Assembly: GCF_000315625.1 (NCBI RefSeq)
Contig: NW_005434662.1
Span: 847,615 to 911,614, forward strand
From: Guillardia theta CCMP2712
Lineage: Eukaryota; Protista; Cryptophyta
Length of the DNA: 64,000 nt
Reading direction: 5' to 3'
Under the pieces are notes generated by a model. It was given only the letters and a program-made list of their open reading frames with translations. It was not told where the DNA came from and did no database searches. Numbering within the stretch: position 1 is the stretch's first letter; each line of letters opens with the position of its first letter. Positions 58,773 through 64,000 of this stretch are shown here, in pieces. The translations under genes and the position numbers were made by a program.

Positions 58773-60441
58773 TACTCAGACGCTAAACCTTCAAGCAAAA
58801 ACGCGCGAGGATGAATTGAATGACCGCGTAAAGAAGAAGAGCGATAGATTTTGCATGCATACATAGTAAGTGATCCGATACACTTTCGAAAGTTGAGGCG
58901 AATTTTCCTGCGTGAAAACTCAGTATTGACACGAAGAATGTCTGAATTCCATAGCTGATCAGGAGGAAAACTTCTTGGCATCATGGTTTAGACCAATTAA
59001 ACATGATATCCTGTGTCATTAGAGCTGAAGAAAACAAGGATTCAACAACATTGTTATTCAACACCCAGCTCAACAGGCATGGTATTGATTGTACAACGTT
59101 GGATTCTGGGAGATCACAAATGATACAGAAGACGTTCCTGCTTCTTGCGTTGCCCTGGATCGATTTTACTGGCCCTGAAAGCTCTAGCAGGATGTGGAAG
59201 GGGAATGTGTAGAGAGAGAAGAGGGAAGTGGAGACAGAGCCGACGAGAGGTGGAAGGCACGAAAAGATGGTAGCGCATTGGTTGAAAGGTAGCACATTGG
59301 AAAAGGGGGGAGGGAGAGGGTTGAAATGAAGCATGGACACATGGAGAGCGTGCTGAAGGGAAGCGAGAGCGGGTGAGACGGGGATGAGTCGGATAACTTT
59401 GAGATAGAGATCATCGCATGGAGGCCGGCAGGGGAGGACACGCTTTCGGATATGCGAGGGGGTAGGAGGGCAAGAAGAATGCACAGTCTAGTCTCTTCAC
59501 TTTATCATGGCGGGCAAGGAGAATTTCTTTACCTGTATTTTTTTAATGAGGTTGACAACCATGCTGCTGTTTGCTCGTTTGATGAGCTTCAGTCCGACGC
59601 GTTGAACTTCATCTCGTTGTTCCATTTGACACAGTCTTCAGCTCGTTATTCCATTTGATGCAGTGTTCAGCTCGTTATCTGTATAGATATCTCAAGGAAC
59701 AAGGAATGCGGTGCAGATCATGACCATTTTTCACTTGGTGGTGCAGACAAGTCCGAGGCCTTCGGCTTCCTGGTGTGCTACATGGCGTTATCTCGCTGAC
59801 CCGAGCACTTGCGCTGCGATGCCCCAGATGAAAGCGCTTCCAGCTCTCGTGCTGGAGTTGGCTGAGAGCGTGTGCATGACGGTCAGACTATCGGCTCTTG
59901 TCATCGCTGGCCACTTGTGGGCTGACCTGACCAGTCTGCTCTTGGGAATGACTGCCGGCGAGTTTACACCTCTTTCACTGCACGCGAAAAGATTTGTTTT
60001 CATGTCCGAATTGAATTGCGACCATTGAAGCTCGAAAGAGAGCGATATCGAGAACGGCATGGCTAATTGACTATTTCTTCACGGTCACTTTCTTTACTCA
60101 AAGTTAAGTTAAAAATCAGCTCGGACTCCAGCGAGTCGGAGAACCAACCCTCATGCTGCCCTCTCAGTGCGACTCAATCGGTGAACAGCGACTTACCTGC
60201 CCACAGGCTCACCGCGGTGGCGCCGGGGAGACAAAAGGACTCAACTTAGGCTACGATACGGCCTGAGTCTGTGGCATCGAGCCCGGCGAACTGGCTTTCA
60301 ATGCTTTATGGACAAAAATCAAGTTCTGTTTCCTGATTCTCGTTACCGTACTATGTACAAGACAAAATCATATCACTCAAAAGGAATCCCACTCGATGTA
60401 TCTAGTATCTCACTGTTTGTATGTCATTGCTGCGGTATCCC

Positions 60442-61260
60442 TCAGGCTTTTTGGCGTTTGCTGAGTCCGTATCGCCTCATGAAGCCATTATACCAACCCC
60501 GTCCGGCACTGAAATTCAACATTCCCATCCTTCTTGCCAGATCGCTAGCGAACGCTTGTACCTTTGAACGCCGAAGAGTCTGTCCCTCAATCTTGAGCAC
60601 AAACTCTCTTACTGCTCGCTCAAAGTCTGGTACTTGCAGGACCGATCGCTTCACAGTAGGCTGGACCCCTGTTGCGGCCATTACCTTGAGTTTCATAATG
60701 TTCTCAGGTTTTAAGAGTTTTGAGATTGCAGAACGGCTTTTCCCATATGATTTTGCAAATTGTGTGTGCGTTTTGTGCTTGTTGTCGCTGTTTTCATATT
60801 GACGAATGATTTCTAATTTTTCACCCAGAGTAAGTTTTGAAGTTTGCCGATTCGCAGTGTAAGGAGCACAGGTTTTCTTCATCTTCATTGCATTCAAGGG
60901 AGCCACCGCCGGGGGGCAACCGGCACTGTCGGAATTGAGATCATTCCCATCGATGTAGGAGATATAGGGATTCTTGCTGTCACAACCATGACATTGAGTT
61001 TCGTTGCAGATCTCAAGAGACCACTTGACCTCCGATGTCTGCAACACTGCTTCAGACGAGGTTGTTATCCCTTCCGACTGCAGCGTCTTCTTGAGGTATG
61101 CATCGAACTCCTCAAGAGTGTGAAACTCGCTTGAGTCATTGTCACTCGAATCAGACAGGTCCATGTTGGCCCATTGTTCACTACCTATAGGCTTTAAGAG
61201 CCAAGAGTTCGAGTCCTCGGCACTGGATGATCGAGAGAGGCTGAATAGAGGGGCATTCAT
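60442..61260 (-). CDS. CENP-B/pogo-type double HTH DNA-binding protein lacking the DDE domain
   Basis: KLTLGEKLEII..FAKSYGKSRSAISKLLK (psq-type HTH) and FSAGRGWYNGFMRRYGL (Tc5-type HTH), followed by a stop. Confidence 0.85.
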   Translation of the reverse strand: MNAPLFSLSRSSSAEDSNSWLLKPIGSEQWANMDLSDSSDNDSSEFHTLEEFDAYLKKTLQSEGITTSSEAVLQTSEVKWSLEICNETQCHGCDSKNPYISYIDGNDLNSDSAGCPPAVAPLNAMKMKKTCAPYTANRQTSKLTLGEKLEIIRQYENSDNKHKTHTQFAKSYGKSRSAISKLLKPENIMKLKVMAATGVQPTVKRSVLQVPDFERAVREFVLKIEGQTLRRSKVQAFASDLARRMGMLNFSAGRGWYNGFMRRYGLSKRQKA

Positions 61261-62236
61261 AATAGTGACCAGGAAGAATGGGATGAAGGATGAACTGATA
61301 TTCGCACTGAGGACGAGAGCTTGTGATGGAGGAGGAGCACGAGAGCTTGTGATGGCGGGGGCAGGCGAAGGTCAGACCAACAAAGAAGAGACGGGGAGGG
61401 GGGGAGCTCGGGTCGACGAGGCGTAAAGGATGGTGCAAATGATCATCCCAAAGGGTGGGTAGTCAAGGGATGAAGTGGGGGTGGGGGGTATGGTTAGCTA
61501 TGGTAGAAGAGGTCAGATATACAACTTTATATGTCATCGATAACTTTACTACTGTCTTTACCACACGCAAGAAGTCACTTTTTTACAGGCTGACTGAAGT
61601 GACGCCAGCTATCCCTCATCTTTCTTTTAGCCCCCCCTACCCCTCAGCCTGACTGAGTGCCGTGACTTGGCTCCTTTACCCCTCACTGGGTAAAAGAGTC
61701 CCCTAAAGCTCTCGAGCATTGACCGCTTTTGACTGGCTGACCCACTAGGCCTACTGCCTGAATGAAGAGTGTACTACTATCACAGCTATCACAGCCTGCG
61801 TGCGGTAGCCGCGGTCACTCCCCGGGGGGTTGAAAGCGGCGCGGCCGCAACCGGAGGCTCCGGGGAGTCCGGGCGGCGGGTTGTGCCCCGTAGCCTGTCA
61901 CACGCGGCCGAGTGACCAGGTCGCTAATACGGTCCGGTACTTCAAGTAAATTTATATCCTGGCAACATATCGCCTAGTCAATGACTTTACTCAAAGTTAA
62001 GTTAAAAATCACCTAGTCACTTTTAAAACAAAGTAAACTTCCCGGACAGCTCTGCTCGGCCCGTCGGAACTTCCGAACGGTTCCGGCAGTGTGTGGGCCC
62101 GGGCCGGGCATACTGACCGTACACTCCCCCGTAGTACTGACTCTGAGTCAGGTTGCGATGAGTCACAATACCTGATGTATACCCCTCCCTCAGCCTCTAA
62201 TGAATGGGGTAGGGTAATCTCTTCTCCCCTCCAAAG

Positions 62237-64000
62237 ATGTCGACGCAGGAACAGTCAGCGGCAGGACGGACGAGCAGGAGCAGCAGGAGGAGCAGCAGGA
62301 GCAGCAGGAGGAGCACGAGGAGGAGAAAGATATGAGGAGGAAACGAATCAGTACCACGATGGGGAGCAGGAGAAGGACGAGGAAAAGAAGGAGAGGTGGA
62401 GAGGTGTTACATGAGCATGTGAAGGAGGAGGCAGGGAAGGGAAGAGGAAAGGCAAGAGTAGCGGCGAGAGGAGAGGGCAAGGAGACAAGAGAATGGCATG
62501 GAAGAGTCACAAAAAAGGGAGCGGGGAAGAAAGGTTGACGTGATCTGGTCAGGTTTGGCTGCCGAGATGAATTTTCTCTTCGGGAATAAGTCAAATGCAA
62601 AGACGACGGAGGAAGGCATTGATCCTGAGCAAGGTGGATGAGAACTGAAATGAAGGAGAGAGACCAAGGGCGGGAGGGGAGGGGAGGCGGGAGGCAGCAA
62701 ATGTCATAAGCTTGTGACTGATTGGAGTTGTCATATCAGGGACATCGGTGATGGACGAGAAAAGTTTTGACCCGGACGAAGCTTGTTTCGGTCTTACCTC
62801 CTGCTCCTGCTCCTGCTCCTGCACATGATCCTACATGCACCTGCTCCTGCTCCTTCACATGATCCTACATGCTCCTGCTCCTGCTCCTCCTTGCTCATAG
62901 CTTGACAGATGTGGCCAGTCAAAAAAGCTTCGATCCAGACGAAGTTCCGGGTGAGAAAAGCAGTACACTCCCTTTGTGAACGCTACCTACCTGCCCTGAT
63001 CCCCCTTGCCCTTGCCCTTGCCCTTGCCCTTGCCCTTGCCCTTGCCCTTGCCCTTGCCCTTGCTCTTGCTCTTGCCCTTGCCCTTGCCCTTGCCCTTCCC
63101 TTGCCCTTCTGTACTTCAGCTGTCCTGTGGCTGAACTCAAGTGCGTTAGATGTGACAAGCGAAAAGAGTTTTGACCCTGACAGCATGGAGAGCACGACGA
63201 TGAGCGAGAAGGAAGAGGAGGAGAGGGAGAGAGAGCTGTACCTGAAAAAATTGGCAGAGTTTCGACCCGGATGCCATCCGCATCGAAAGGAGCGAAGACG
63301 AAGATTCAGAGAAGGTAGAGCAGAAAGGAGGGGGTGATTAGATAGAAAGACAACAGGGAGAAGAGTGCGGAGAGTTTGGGAGGGGAGGAGGAGGGGAACT
63401 GAAGGGGGGAATGGCGGTGGAGGAGACAGTCTCATATCCTTTACAGTCCTTTGATGCATCGGAAGAAAGTTTCGACCCCGACGAGATGTCAGACGGCGAG
63501 AGCGAGGAGGAGGGAGGAGAAGAGAAAGGAAGCGGTGAAGCTGCGCGGAGGGTGAAGCTCGGTGTGAGCTACGAGAAATCCTTTGATCCTGACAGAGAAG
63601 CTCCGGTAAGGCTGAGAAAGGAGGAGAAGAGCTGGACGAGGAGGGGGGGAGGTTGTGATGCTCTACAGGAGGATGGCGGGAAGGAGAGCTCGCGCACTAT
63701 CTCAGCAGATGTGGCGGAGCGTGCCATGTCAAGCTTGACCAGCGCAGCTTCTGCTGAGATCTCGAGGCTGCGAGGAGAAGTAGAAGGAATGAAGAGGAAA
63801 GAGCAGGAGGCAGCGGCCGCTCTTTCTCGCTCCGAGCAGCTTCTTCGCGCTGAAAAGGTCTGACTAGCTGCTCGATGGTGGTGGTGGTGGTGGTGGTGGT
63901 GATGATGATGATGATGATGACGACGACGACGACGACGACGATGATGATGATGATGCTGCTGCTGCTGCTGATGATGACTGGACTAGGACTAGGATAGGGA
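62237..64000 (+). CDS. Multi-exon acidic protein with repeated (E/K)SFDPD motifs and a coiled coil; runs off the window
   Basis: EKSFDPDE-like motifs at ~62758, 62921, 63161, 63255, 63462 and 63574, each in a short exon, followed by heptad-like sequence. Confidence 0.55.
63003..63108 (+). repeat. (CCCTTG)n intronic microsatellite
   Basis: Directly visible. Confidence 0.95.

Noticed and set aside
60442-61260. Autonomous pogo/Tigger DNA transposon
   Set aside because: No DDE domain after the HTHs and no terminal inverted repeats seen.

Overview
Eukaryotic nuclear DNA. The short (~45-55 nt) spliceosomal introns, simple-repeat-filled introns and spacers, and bipartite targeting peptides suggest a cryptophyte alga similar to Guillardia theta (inferred, not shown). 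Host genes include a PEX22-like protein, a BTB-BACK protein, a putative plastid lumen protein, a GT23/FUT8-like fucosyltransferase, coatomer epsilon, EIF1AD, an SLC25 carrier, a Rad5/HLTF-like SNF2-RING helicase, a GAF-HPP fusion, an FtsX-like permease, a large S8 subtilase and a CENP-B-type HTH protein. There are two accessory islands. The first (~21.3-23.2 kb) holds an LTR-protease relic, a retroelement fragment, a decayed tyrosine kinase and a 25-bp tandem array. The second (~29.2-43.95 kb) lies between two convergent genes and contains a CRE-like non-LTR retrotransposon (RT, CCHC, restriction-like endonuclease). Upstream of that element is a 5.5-kb patchwork in which its ~31-nt 3' terminus (GAGGCACTTTTTACCTTCTGCCAGTAAATCC) recurs 14 times in both orientations. 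The copies are separated by different sense and antisense pieces of the element itself. Several are 34-60 bp micro-insertions with 3-6 bp target duplications, and one frameshifts the RT ORF. This self-inserting, array-like retroelement locus is the main candidate for an undescribed system. Intronless, virus-like decayed ORFs follow it. All calls come from reading motifs by eye, no searches were run, and multi-exon gene coordinates are approximate.
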